A program made the position numbers and the translations under genes. Under the pieces are notes generated by a model. It had not been told where the DNA came from, did not search any database, and saw only the letters and a list, made by a program, of their open reading frames with translations. Below are positions 45,801 to 57,705 of a DNA stretch of 64,000 nt, piece by piece; positions within the stretch are counted from its first letter, which is position 1, and each line of letters opens with the position of its first letter. Source of the stretch: Squalus acanthias (taxonomy: Eukaryota); assembly GCA_030390025.1 (NCBI GenBank), contig CM059441.1:20894001-20958000 (forward strand), read 5' to 3'.

Positions 45801-47071
45801 TTGGAGATAGATCAATGAGCAGGACATCGAGGTTAGTAACCACAGGATTACTCCCAATGCCACATGCTAGTCAGTATAAGAACAGTAAGATAAGAGGAGT
45901 GATTATTTGTCTGGAGAGATGGTTCAGAGGAAAAGGGTTTCAATTCCTGGCACATTGGGGCCAGTTCTGGAAGAGGAGCGGCCTGTAGAGGACGGGAGGA
46001 CTTTACTTGAACAGTAATTAAACCAATGGCCTTGCTGGGAGAGGAACTTGTGCTGTGGGGAAAGAGTTTACACTAAAATAGCAGGTGTGAGGTTAAAAAC
46101 AAGGTGAAGAGGCAGAGAGAAGAGCAGAAAGGGAAGAGGATATAGGAAAGATAAAAGAGGGAAATGGGGAGGTAAAAGACAGAAAGAGGAAGGATTGAAA
46201 AGAGGAAGATTGTCAAACAGACAGAGGCACGCGTCAGTTGCATGTACATAAGTACATAAAGTATTCTATGTAAAATTGGTAAGCTAGAGGCACAACCTGT
46301 TATGGGGAGGTTTGATGTAATAGAATTAATGGTCGTGGCTTAGAGTAGGGTGGGACTGGGAGTTCAACATTGCTGGTAACAAAGATTTGTCATAAATGGA
46401 GGAGAGTTGTATTAATCAAAAATTCCATTACACCATAATATCGTAGGGTTAATATGGGGCGGGAGTGAAAAAGCTAAATCTACTTGGTTAGAGTTAAAGA
46501 GTGAGAAGAAAGTGGTTACTTACTGGAAGAGTAATATGGACCAACCCTCTACCAGTGAGGAACAGTGTCACTGACAGAGCCTCATGAAACAATATTTCAT
46601 CAGCTGTACTTTAAATAACAGAAACAATTGCAAACTCGAGACATGTTCAGTGTGAGGGATTATTACTGCTGCAGTCTTCAGTGTATATTGGACAGCAGAC
46701 TACATAAAAAAATCACTTTTTACAGATTAAAACGGGTTACCTTTGCATTTTGATTATGTTACTCATGTAGATGTTAAAAACATTAAATGGGCCTTATTTT
46801 CCATTCACAATGAATAATGCAGTTTAGTATATATTGGTAAATATTTGTGTGGTACAATAGTACAGTCAAAAAGAGATGACAAGACTTCACACAAATATTA
46901 TTCATGTATATTTTTGCTGGGTATTTTGTGCCTTTACATGTCTACAAGTATTGAAACCTCTCTGCTCTATAAACCGTACACTAGACTCAAACTAACACTG
47001 ATTATCTGAATATCCCGCTCTGGCTGTCACTCACCGGGCAGGGAACAAATGAGTAGAATCAGAATCCACAT
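27836..47071 (-). CDS. Gene A: CD300/pIgR-like (MDIR-type) Ig-superfamily receptor with activating-type TM; 6 coding exons
   Basis: Phase-compatible GT-AG exons 47071..47035, 44887..44561, 39591..39268, 37593..37473, 29952..29862 and 27883..27836 join into one open frame. Confidence 0.85.
28435..29065 (-). mobile_element. CR1 LINE 3' fragment
   Basis: KEANGMLAFI, FFTQRAVEIWN and tail. Confidence 0.85.
29220..29542 (+). mobile_element. Deu-domain SINE (SacSINE1-like), 5'-truncated
   Basis: CAGATGAAACGTTAACTGAGG...AAAAGATCCCACGGCACCATT core with an L2-like tail. Confidence 0.75.
29862..29952 (-). CDS. Gene A exon 5: transmembrane (S)YIIWNVVRWVLFALLVICTISVTSCTRKSK
   Basis: Acceptor cccttttgctcag and donor GTAGGG; the phase-2 start matches exon 4. 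Confidence 0.88.
30027..30890 (+). mobile_element. Harbinger-like terminal fragment
   Basis: G-rich end, CCAATTAAG motif and His/Gln-rich decayed transposase start, similar to other Harbinger copies in the window. Confidence 0.5.
31061..31904. mobile_element. Non-autonomous Harbinger (TIR GGGCTGGATTTT, TSD att)
   Basis: att|GGGCTGGATTTT...AAAATCCAGCCC|att. Confidence 0.92.
32241..32550. mobile_element. Short Harbinger-type MITE
   Basis: GGGCTAGAAATT...AATTTCTCCCC interrupting the CR1 at tactc/atgcctct. Confidence 0.82.
35338..36005 (-). mobile_element. CR1 LINE 3' fragment (duplicated at 52553..53222)
   Basis: LVRPHLECCVQIWSPYY and FFTQRVVRMWN, with an (ATCCTATGTA)-type tail. Confidence 0.88.
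36705..37417. mobile_element. GC-rich MITE of the 4073 family, specific to gene A
   Basis: Shares tttgcgcctcccgttagcgccc; empty site in the duplicate near 53915. Confidence 0.85.
37473..37593 (-). CDS. Gene A exon 4: Ser/Thr-rich stalk
   Basis: ttgtttcaatag|(G)PEYSCEGFSTVSSTTTHSTSTNIISTDNRNQSSGSKSPS|gtacaa; phase 1 to phase 2; conserved in the duplicate. Confidence 0.82.
38195..38805. mobile_element. GC-rich MITE fragment (to about 38722) abutting a minus-strand SINE tRNA head (about 38725..38805)
   Basis: End CCAATTTCTCCC. The minus strand has TGGTTCAGTTGG (A box) and GGTTCAAGTCC (B box), like the 45131 SINE. Confidence 0.6.
39268..39591 (-). CDS. Gene A exon 3: Ig C2-like domain
   Basis: VSVSCESVQGSLPIQYTWY...QYYCTASN; acceptor ttcccacag, donor GTAAGT. 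Confidence 0.9.
40030..40272 (-). mobile_element. CR1 3' end
   Basis: HFFTQRVVEIWKSL and tail. Confidence 0.8.
42550..43590 (+). pseudogene. tRNA-Lys(UUU)-derived retrocopy fused to a CR1 3' tail, split by a MITE
   Basis: GTCCGGATAGCTCAGTCGGTAGAGCATCA...GAGGGTCCAGAGTTCAA [MITE] GTTCCTGTTGAGGCG, then GGGCCGAATGGCCTCCTTCTG...(ATTCTATG)2. Confidence 0.85.
42608..43499. mobile_element. Harbinger-type MITE inserted in the tRNA T-loop (TSD caa)
   Basis: TIRs GGGGGAAAAATTCAGT and ACTGAATTTTTCTCCC. Confidence 0.9.
44561..44887 (-). CDS. Gene A exon 2: Ig V domain of CD300/pIgR type
   Basis: ITIDCYY...KYWCHG...CSELVKT...GRMSITDN...DAGWYSCG; the extra C-C' Cys pair is typical of the CD300/pIgR/TREM group. 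Confidence 0.93.
45131..45592 (+). mobile_element. Full-length tRNA-derived Deu-domain SINE (SacSINE1-like)
   Basis: A/B boxes (GGTTCAAGCC), GCCGTCTTTCAGATGAG...CTGCCCTCTCAGGTGGA core and L2-like tail. Confidence 0.82.
45760..46560 (+). mobile_element. Old CR1 fragment (ORF1 esterase to endonuclease start)
   Basis: GLLPMPHASQYKN..LERWFRGKGFQFLAHWGQFW. Confidence 0.7.
47035..47071 (-). CDS. Gene A exon 1: signal peptide MWILILLICSLP
   Basis: ATG, hydrophobic codons and a phase-1 GTGAGT donor; conserved in the duplicate at 61212..61248. Confidence 0.9.
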
Positions 47072-49429
47072 TGTTTTCTTCGCGAAGAACAGATCCGCAC
47101 TTGTCGTCAGTCACCCAGCTCTTAGTTCTCATATGGGAATAAGTATCTGATATAAATCATACGCAGAATTCAAATGAGGAAGAAGAAAGCAGGAAGTCAA
47201 GGCATGAAACTGGAAAAGCCAGCTGATGAAATCTGATCCTTAAGAACTTGAAATACTGTCAGTCATATTTAACAAACAAAACCAAACAAATTTTTGTCCA
47301 AGGTTAGAAAATGGTGAAAACAAGAGAGTTAAAATCATAGAATCATAGAATCAGATTGTGGTAACAGCACAGAAGGAGGCCATTCGTCCCGTCGAGCCCA
47401 TGCCGGCTCTCTGCAAGAGCACTTCAGCTAGTCTCACTCCCCCGCCCTTTCCCCGTAGCCCTGCAAATATTTTTCCTTCAGATACTTATCCAATTCCCTT
47501 TTGAATGCCATAATTGAGTCTGCCTCCATCACCCTTTCAGGCAATGCATTCCAGATCCTAACCACTCGCTGCGTAAAAAAGTTTTTCCTCATGTCGCCTT
47601 TGGTTCTTCTGCCAATCACCTTAAATCTGTGTCCTCTGGTTCTCGACCCTTCCGCCAATGGGAACAGTTTCTCTCTATCTACTCTGTCTAGGCCCCTCAT
47701 GATTTTGAACACCTCTATTAAATCTCCTCTCAACCTTCTCTGCTCTAAGGAAAACAACCCCAGATTCCCAGTCCATCCACGTAACTAGAGTCCCTCATCC
47801 CTGGAATCATTCTCAACTTAACCACTACTCTGGGTTTCCTGTCACTTAGCCAATTTCGTATCCATGCTGCCACTGACCCTTTTATTACATGGGCTTCAAC
47901 TTTGCTGGTAAGCCTATTATGTGGCACTTTATCAAAAGTCAACAGCATTGCCCTCATCAACCCTCTATGCTACCTCATCAAAAAACTCCATCAAGTTAGT
48001 TAAACACGATTTGCCTTTAACAAATCTGTGCTGGCTTTCCTTAATTAATCCACACTTGTCCAAGTGACTGTTAATTTTGTCCCTGATTATTGTTTCTACA
48101 AACTTCCGCACTACTGAGGTTAAACTGACTGGCCTGTAGTTGCTGGGTTTATCCTTGCACCCTTTTTTGAACAAGGGTGTAACATATGCAATTCTCCAGT
48201 CCTCTGGCACCACCCCCGTTTCTAAGGAGGATTGGAAGATTATGGGGAGTACTGCCGCAATTTCCTCCTTAACTTCCCTCAGCATCCTAGGTAATGCATC
48301 CCATCTGGTCCTGGTGACTTATCAACTTTAAGTACAGACAGCCTTTCTAGTACCTCCTCTTTATTAATTTTTATCCCATCAAGTACGTCCACTACCTCCT
48401 CTTTCACTATGACTTCGGCAGCATTTTTTTCCTTGGTGAAGACAGATGCAAAGTACTCATTTAATACCCCAGCCATGCCCTCTGCCTCCATGCGTAGGTC
48501 TCCTTTTTGATCCCTAATCGGCCCCACCCCTCCTTTTACTACCCGTTTATTATTTATATGCCTATAGAAGACTTTTGAATTCCCTTTTATGTTAGCTGCC
48601 AATCTATTCTCATACTCTCTCTTTACCCTTCTTAAATTCTTTTTCACTTCCCCTCTGAACTTTCTATATTCAGCCTGATTCTCACTTGTATTCTTAACCT
48701 GACATCTGTCATACGCGCTCTTTTCCTGCTTCATCTTACTCTCTATCTCTTTCGTCATCGAGGGAACTCTGATTTTAGTTGTCCTACCTTTCCCCCTCGT
48801 GGGAATGTACCTCGACAGCACCATCTCCTCTTTAAAGGCAGCCCATTGTTCGATTACTGTTTTGCCTGCCAGTCTTTGATTCCAATTAACCTGGGCCAGA
48901 TCCGTTCTCCGCCCATTGAAATTTGCCTTCCTCCAATTAAGTATTTTTACTCTAGATTGCTCCCTGTCCTTTTCCATAGCTAATCCAAACCTTATCATAC
49001 TATGATCACTGTTCCCTAAATGTTCCCCTACTGACACTTGCTCCTCTTGACCCACCTCATTCCCCAGAACCAGATCCAGCAATGCCTCTTTCCTCATTGG
49101 GCCAGAAAAGTACTGATCAAGACAGTTCTCCTGAACACATTTCAGAAATTCTTCCCACTCTCTTCCCTTTACACTACTACTTTTCCAGTCTATATTAGGA
49201 TAATTGAAGTCCCCCATTATCACTTCTCTATAGTTCTTGCACCTCTCTGTAATTTCCCTGCAAGTTTGCTCCTCTATATCTTTCCCACTATTTGGTAGCC
49301 TATAGAATACACCTAGTAGTGTAATGACACCTCTATTATTTCTTAACTCTAGCCAAATAGATTCTGTCCTTGACCCCTCCAGGGCATCCTCTCTCTCCAG
49401 CACTGTAACATTCTCCTTAACCAATACTG

Positions 49430-51818
49430 GGGAGGAATTGAATGAAATCACTATTTGTAGGGAAATGGTGTTAGGGAAATTGATGGGATTGAAGTCCGAT
49501 AAATCCCCAGGGCTTGATAATCTACATCCTAGGGTACTTAAGGAAGTGGCCCTAGAAATAGTAGATGCATTGCTGGTCATCTTTCAAAATTCTATAGCCT
49601 CTGGAACAGTTCCCATGGATTAGAGGGTAGCTAATGTAACCCCACTATTTATAAAAGGTGGTAGAGAAAAAACGGGGAATTATGTAAGGCTGACATCGGT
49701 AGTGGGCAAAATGCTGGAGTCCATTGTAAAAGATGTAATAGCAGAGCACTTGGAAAACAGTGACAGGATCAGACAAAGTCAACATGGATTTACAAAAGGT
49801 AAATCATGCCTGACTAATCTACTGGAATTTTTTGAGGATTTAACTGGTAGAATAGATAAGGGAGAACCAGTGGATGTGGTGTATTTGGACTTTCAGAAGG
49901 TTTTTGATAAGGTCCCGCATAAGAGATTAGCGTGCAAAGTTAAGCACATGGGATTGGGGGTGAGGTACTGATTTGGATAGAGAACTGGTTGGCAGACAGG
50001 AAGCAAAGAGTTGGAATAAACGGGTCTTTTTCCGAGAAGCAGGAAGTGACTAGTGGGGTACCGCAGGAATCGGTGCTAGGACCCCAGCTATTCACAATGG
50101 CCCAAAAATTAGTGCCTCTACGCGAGAGTACGCACTGTGTACTCTTGCGTATTCTGTCTCCAATTGCCGGTTTTCTGCATGCACTGCGCATGCGCTGAAA
50201 ACCGGCACTTGGTGATTTCAAACGGGGGCGGTTCCTAAGTGAAACGCGTGCGCGCTACAGGCTGCACGCACGCAGTGCACTTAGTGCTTTGAACGCACAG
50301 GTAAGCATGGAAGATTTTGCACCTAAAGAAAGGAGGCGTAAGACCCTCTTTTAACAAGGTAAGTAGTTAATTAAGTATTATTCTGATTTTTTTTCAACAG
50401 GTATATCTTTTTTAGAGACTTTAAAGAAAGGTAAGTTTATTTTTATAACTTTTTAAAAGATTTTAAATTTTTTCAAAAATTTAATTTTTTGTTTAAAGTG
50501 GTTAATTTATTTAACTATACTTATTTTATTATTGTGATGGTTTTAAAAAAAAAGTTAATTGAGGTTTAGCTGTTCTTTTGGGGGGGTATAGATTCATAGC
50601 TTTCACAGCACTTCCTGTGAAAACTATGAATGAAAGATGGTGTGCTGCCATTGGCTCTAACTGAATCACGTGATCCCACAGCTCGCACGAATTAACTGCG
50701 CCTGTGGGATACGCAAGCACTCCCCAGCTGCTGTCTAGAAAATCAAGTTCGTGCGAGCTGGGAATGAAAAAGCCGGCGCGCATTGAGATATCGCGGGGAA
50801 GCCTTACCCCCGCACGAAGGCTCCCTCTTTAATTTCTGGGCCAATATATATTAATGATCTAGACGAGGGAACTAGATGTAATATCTCTAAGTTTGCAGAG
50901 GACACAAAGCTGGGTGGGCGTGTGTGCTGTGAGGAGGAGGCACAGAAACTCCAGTATGATTTGGACAGGTTGGGTGATTGGGCAGATGCATGGCAGATGC
51001 AGTATAATGTGGATAAATGCGAGGTTATCCACTTTGGTGGCAAAAACAGGAAGACAGATTATTATCTGAACAACAATAGATTGGGAAAAGGGGAAGTGCA
51101 ATGAGACCTGGGTGTCCTTGTGCACCAATCGCTGAAGGTAAGCAAGCAGGTGCAGCAGGCGGTTAAGAAGGCAAATGGTATGTTGGCCTTCATAGCGAGA
51201 GGATTCGAGTACAGGAGCAAGGATGTCTTGCTGCAGTTGTACAGGGCCTTGGTGAGACCACACCTTGAGTATTGTGTGCAGTTTGGTCGCCTTATCTGAG
51301 GAAGGATGTTCTTGCCATGGAGGGAGTGCAGCGAAGATTTACCAGACTGATACCTGGGATGGCAGGAATGACGTATGAAGAGAGATTGGGTTGATTAGGC
51401 TTATATTTGCTAGAGTTGAGAAGAATGAGAGGGGATCTCATTGAAACTTTAAAATTCTAACAGGACTAGACAGAATAGATGCAGGAAGGATGTTCCCGGT
51501 GGCGGGGGAGTCCAGAACCAGGGGTCACAGTCTAAGGATAAGGGGTAAGCCATTTAGGATTGAGATGAGGAGGAATTTCTTCACCCAGAGAGTGGTGAAC
51601 CTGTGGAATTCTCTACCACAGAAGGCAGTTGAGGCCAATTGATTAAATATATTCAAGAAGGAGATAGATATATCTCTTAAGGCTAAAGGGATCAAGGGAT
51701 ATGGGGAGAAAGCAGGGACAGGGTACTGAATTTGGATGATCAGCCATGATCTCATTAAATGGTGGAGCAGGCTCGAGGGGCCGAATGGCCTACTCCTGCT
51801 CCTATTTTCTATGCTTCT
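49430..51818 (+). mobile_element. 5'-truncated CR1 LINE (TSD atactg), interrupted by a MITE
   Basis: KSPGLDNLHPRVLKE, SQHGFTKGKSCLTNL, KFAEDTK and tail; atactg at 49424 and 51819. Confidence 0.92.
50099..50842. mobile_element. 744-bp MITE, second copy (TSD aat)
   Basis: aat|GGCCCAAAAATT...AATTTCTGGGCC|aat; colinear with 14459..15202. Confidence 0.93.
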
Positions 51819-54122
51819 ATACTGCCATGCCACCTCCTTTCTTTCCTTCCCAATCTTTCCTGAACACCTTATATCTAGGAATATTTAAAACCCACTACTG
51901 TCCTTTTTTGAGCTAGGTTTCTGTTATCGCTATGACATCATATTCCCATGTGGCTATTTGCGCCTGCAGTTCATGAACCTTATTTTCCAAGCTTTGTGTG
52001 TTTACACACATGCACTGTAATCCTGTCTTAGACCTTCTTGTATCCTCTCTTAATCTGACCCCACCTAATACCTTACTATTTCTTACTCTAGTGCTATCTG
52101 TCTCTCCCCATCCTTTGTGCACTTTGTTTCTCCTTTCTAAAGCTACATCCTGGTGCTCATCCCCCGGCAAAATTAGTTTAAACCCTCCGCAACAGCACTA
52201 GCAAACCACCTTCGCCAGGCTAGTGGTTCCGGCTCTGTTGATGTACAACCCGTCAGTCCTGTACAGGTCCCACCTCCCCCAGAAATGGTACCTATGTCCC
52301 AGGAATCTGAAGCCCTCCCACCTGCACCATCTCTCCAGCCATGCATTCATCTGTTCTATCCTCCTATTTCTACACTCACTAGCCCTATCACCAGAAAATC
52401 ATTTCACAGCGTGGGATGGAGCCAGCAGCGGGGCAGCGACCCGCCACCAACGTCGCCCACACTGGACCCGTCAAGGTAAGTAAAATCCCGGCCCTCCTGT
52501 TTACACTGTAATCTTAGTACAGTGCATCAATGTAGAGCAGCAGAGCCAAGGGATTACATAGGATTACATAGGATATACGGCAGAGAAACAAGCCATTCGG
52601 CCCAACCAGTCCATGCCAGCGTTTATGCTCCACTCGAGCCTCCTCCCGTCTTTCCTCATCTAACTCTACCAGCATAACCCTCTATTCCCTTCTCCCTCAT
52701 ATGCATTTCTAGACTCCCCTTAAATGTATCCATACTCTTTGCCTCAACTACTCCCTGTGATAGCAAGTTCCACATTCTCACCACTCTTTGGGTAAAGAAG
52801 TTTCTTCTGAATTCCCTATTTGATTTCTTGTTGTCTATCTTATATTGATGGCCTCTAGTTATTCTCTTCCCCACAAGTGGAAACACTCTCTCTGTATCCA
52901 CTCTATCAAAATCTTTCATAATTTTAAAGACCTTTTCAATCTTCTTTTTTCAAGCATAAAGAGACTCAGCCTGTTCATCCTTTCCTGATAGGTATACCCT
53001 CGCATTTCTGGTATCATCCTTGCAAATCTTCTCTGCACCCTCTCCATTGCCTCTATATCCTTTCTATAATATGGTGACCAGATTTGTATGCAACACTCCA
53101 AGTGTGGTCTAACCAAGGTTCAATACAAGTTCAGCATAACTTCACTACTTTTCAATTCTATCCCTCCAGAAATAAACCCGAGTGCTTGGTTCGCTTTTTT
53201 ATGGCCTTGTTAACCTGCTTTAGCTGGGAAAGTAAACTAATGTTTGACTTCTGGAGGAAAGTCAACTTTGTGATCGTTAGATAAAGATCAAATGAAGCAA
53301 ACTTTATTAACATGTCCACAATGTATAGCTGTAATGGTAAGCCACAATTTTATAATTGAGGACTTTATAAAAGTGACTGGCCATCTGAGGGAAGCACCGC
53401 TGCCTGGGGTCATGTAGCAATGGTGAGATATCTCCTCAGGGAGTCAGGATAGTCAGAATAGCATCATCCTACACTGCTCTCATGCACCTTCTAACAGGCA
53501 ATTGCTGAGCAGCTGGAATCAGGCAGCCTCCCCACCCTCTCAGTTTGGGAACAGTGTATAACATCGGGAACTGAGAAGGAGAAAATGACAGAGAATGCAA
53601 CTTTTCTGTCAAAGCCACTCCAGAACAGATAAGGGCAAGAAAACTGGCATTGTGCTAGTGTGGCAAGGGCAACCCCATAAGATTAACTTCGCGTTGAAAT
53701 AATCAAGTTGAATAATGCAAAGAACACGATCTAAGGAGCGGCAAAATGGAGGTGCTCACTTTTTATTCTTATTTTCCACCAACAAAGATAGCACCTTCGT
53801 TCGGAAGCTAACACAACAGCATGATGTAAACCCAGCCACCATTTCCATTCTGATGAGCTACATTCTGAAATAATAAATGATTTTCACCCCTTATGAGAAA
53901 ATTATTAAAGAACATTTAATCTCTCACATGGAAGCAGTGCCAATCAAAACACCAGCAATGAGAACATTGTACCTGCTGGGCGATTTGGATCCTGAAGATT
54001 GGTTTTGATTATCAGTGGAAATTATATATGTACTTGTGGAATGTGTAGTTGTTGGTGATACCGTTGAAAAAACTTCACAAGAATATTCAGGTCCTATTGA
54101 AACAAGGGAATAAAATTCAGAT

Positions 54123-55764
54123 TGTAAGGGGTGACCTGTGGCTCTGTGCTTAGCCTGGGTGCTAGTGCGAGGTTAGGCCTTGTTGCCTGGTCTGGTCTCC
54201 AGCCAGCCTGGTAACACTAGACACCTGTGAGTGGTTCGACCCACTCGCCCTTACGGTTCTGACACTGGACTTAGGTGCGAGAGCAATAATGCAGAGAAAA
54301 ACTCAGGTAGACCCGGTCGAATCGTGCGAAATGGAAAATCTTTATTGCATATTATTCAAGATTACGAGATACACGTCATAAGCACAGATTAATGACAGTA
54401 CAATCTCACACACAGTTATGAAACTAATTTTAGGGAAACGAGGAGCGCATGACGCATCGTAAAAGGGGACACACATTATACTTATCCTTAAAACTTAAAC
54501 CCTCCCCTATCAATACCTGTCCTAATCTAGATTTGTAGGATCGAGACTCATGCTCACCACTCGTGATAACTCGGAGAATTCCGAAACTCTGCTCGGATGT
54601 TTTGACCGCAGCACCTGACTATCCACGTGTTGATCAGGGGTCTCTGTACCCCACTTGTTTACTCGTCTCTGCTCCGGCTAGCAGGCTGGACCGTCTGCTG
54701 TCATGAAGATCTGTGTTGTCCTCGGAGTTCCGATACTACTCAAAGAAGAGTCTTCCTGTGCCCTCACACCGGTTCGATAAAACTCGAAGAAGGGTCTTCC
54801 TAGGCAAGGAAGTGTTTATTCGACTTACAGGCGCGGTCAGGGCTTACTGACCGTGGCGATGCGTATTGTCGTCTTCTTCTCTTCTCATCTCATCTCATCT
54901 CATCTCATCTCCTCTCGGGCCTTCGGTTCCAACACCGTTTACCGACTTCTCGGGATGGTGCGCCCGTTTCAAGGCCTCACAGCCCAGTTCTCCACAGATC
55001 TTCGCGGCAAGCCACGAGGTTGATCCTAGCGGATCAGAGTCCAGAGCCGTCAGGCAAGAGAATAAAAGTTCAACAGCCTTCCAGCGAGTCAAAGCAGCAA
55101 GCGCAAGAAGAAGCAGAGGCAGCAGTCAGCAGAGCGATGGACGGTCGTACCTTACAGTTATAGTGCTGTAATTCCTCTTTTCCCGCCCAATCTTAATGTC
55201 TATCTTTTGTCAGGGTTTTGGCGCTCAAACTTCTTGTATAGGGTGATCTCCGTCTTTAATGGGTTTCGGTGATACTTGTAACTGTCTGAGTACCCGTTAA
55301 TACTTCTCCCATTGTGGAACCGGCTAGTAGTCTCCCTGGAGGGGTTTTGGGGCTTCCAAATGCTTTCTGTAACTACCCGCAAACGGCTCTCTCATCATAG
55401 AGTCGTGGGGATTTTGCATATTAATGTCTTTGGATGGGTCCTTGATCGCTCGGTACAATAGCCCTTATTCGCACAAGGGAGACCGATTCCAATATTTATG
55501 TATAAAATGCAAACCCATCATGTCTTGTCAATTATCTCAAATGTGCTGAGTCCTGTACGATCTTGCACAAATGTTTATTGGAACGCCATCTTGTCTGCCC
55601 ATTGAAAGTCTAGAACTTTCTGCCACGAGGCATGGCGGCCATTTTACAGGCTGTTTGTGTCCGTTTTGAAACCTGACAGCATTCTGCTGAAATAAAACTG
55701 TTTGTACGAAACTTTATGTCTCCTTCTTATTTTATAAAATCGCGATAATTTTGCGAGTTCTACA
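54123..55764 (-). mobile_element. Solo LTR (1642 bp) with 4-bp TSD agat
   Basis: agat|TGTAAGG...TTCTACA|agat; the empty site ttcagattcacctc is near 37620. Confidence 0.95.
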
Positions 55765-56449
55765 AGATTCACCTCATTTGCCGTTTCCAGACGAGAGTTC
55801 CAAACTTCTACCACCCTTTGTGTGTAGATGAAAGAGCTCCCCACTTAATCCCATTCCCTAATAACCATTGGCACCAAGAACATTCTCCTAACTTCTCCCT
55901 TTGTCCTTTTGGTGATGATATTAAATTTATGCCCTGTAGTTGCTGGCTCACTGACTAGTGGAAATAGTTAGTCCCAACTTACCTTATCAAAACCCCGAAT
56001 AATTTTGAATATCTCCATCAGCTCACTTAACCTCTGTTCTGATGTTTCTCTCCTCATAACGAAAACATCTCAGCCCGGGTATCATTTTAGTTCAATTCTT
56101 CTGCACTCTATCCTTGACATCCCTCCTAAACTAGGACACAACAGGTTGGCGGTTGCAGTTCACAATTCCATCGGCTAGAATGGCCTCCTTCTGTGCCGTA
56201 AATTTCTATGATTCTCTGAAATAGTCAGGTTAGTTTATGAAGACTCAGTCAATCACATTCAATTTTAATCTCATGGGATTACTGGACTTTCTGCAATGTT
56301 TACGCATGTTTTAGGATCATATTTTATGATTCCGTCCATTTTCCATGAAACATGCAAATCAGTGGCCTAGTTCATAATTGAGAGACTGAAGGAACTTAAC
56401 CAGCAACCAGTTTGGATAGAGATTAATTGAAAAAAAAATCACAAACCAG

Positions 56450-57068
56450 GGAAGATTTGCAAGGATGATACCAGAAATGCAAGGGTATACATATCAGGAA
56501 AGGATGAACTGGCTGGGTTTCTTTTCTCTTGAAAAAAGAAGGCTGAGGGGTGACCTAATAGAGGTCTTTAAAATTATGAAAGATTTTGACAGAGTGGATA
56601 CAGAGAGAATGGGCTGGATTTTGAATGACCCGTGGAGTCGGGTTTGGAGGCGTGTGGGGGGTTAAAGTTGCAGATTCGGGGGTCCCGACCCCATCCCGAC
56701 TCCATTCCGCCTCCACACAATTTTGACAAAATCGGTTGCGGTGTTCCCGACTCCGTTCCACCTCCAAAAGGCAGGAGAGGCCATTAAAGCCCTTAACAAG
56801 CCCTAAATTGGCTCTGTAATGACATTTTGAAACGTTTTAGCTAGTTTAATCCTTTTCCCACGTGAAGCACGCCTGATGTGAAACACGCCAGTGAAACCTG
56901 GCGGGAGCACAAGTGGATAGCTGACTATCAGCTGCAGGTCCACTATTACAACGGAGATGTGATGAAGGTAGTAGTAGTATTAGGTCTGAAAGTCGCCTCT
57001 GATGCTGCTGCATTGAATGTCTTCAGAGACTGCCTGGCCTTGCTGTGAGAGGACCTGGATGCAAAAAA

Positions 57069-57114
<46 letters not shown>

Positions 57115-57705
57115 GCTCATTTTGCATCCAGGTCCTCTCACAGCAACAGCCAGGCAGTCTCTGACCTGCAATGCACCAACAATGATGACATCGTCAGAGG
57201 CGACTTTCAGACTGAAACCACTAATTGGTTCATGGGTTCCCACATGCTGCAGCTCAATTGCCCAATTAAGTGAAAATTGCATCAATCTCCCACATCCAAT
57301 TGCAGCCGGGTGGATAACACGAAATGCAGATGACACAACCCCAACCCACCCCAGTATCAAAATCCAGCCCAATGTTTCCACTTGTGGGGAAGAGAATAAC
57401 TAGAGGCCATCAGTATAAGATAGTCACCAAGAATTCCAATACGGAATTCAAAAGAAACTTCTTCACCCAAAGAGTGGTGAGAATGTGGAACTCGCTATCA
57501 CAGGGAGCGGTTGAAGCGATTAGTATAGATGCATTAAAGGGGAGGCTAGACAAGCATATGAGGGAAAAGGGAATAGAGGGTTATGCTGATAGAGTTAGAT
57601 GAGGAAAGACGGGAGGAGGCTCAAGTGGAGCATAAACGCCGGCATGGACTGGTTGGGCCGAATGGCCAGTTTCTGTGCCGTATATCCTATGTAATCCTAT
57701 GTAAT
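56450..57705 (+). mobile_element. CR1 3' fragment interrupted by a non-autonomous Harbinger
   Basis: RRLRGDLIEVFKIM | MFPLVGKRITRGH...FFTQRVV. Confidence 0.88.
56611..57370. mobile_element. Non-autonomous derivative of the window-start Harbinger (TSD aat)
   Basis: TIR GGGCTGGATTTT; the last ~200 bp closely match 3540..3732. Confidence 0.92.

Larger units (their letters stand above)
47335..52390 (-). mobile_element. CR1 LINE with internal deletion, interrupted by an opposite-strand CR1
   Basis: (ATTCTATG)n tail near 47335 and ORF2 motifs; colinear with 30918..35170. Confidence 0.92.

Noticed and set aside
48279-49580. 433-aa ORF as an intact protein
   Set aside because: It is a chimera of antisense CR1 sequence and a CR1 endonuclease fragment. 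The same applies to 5910..6779 and 4350..4976.
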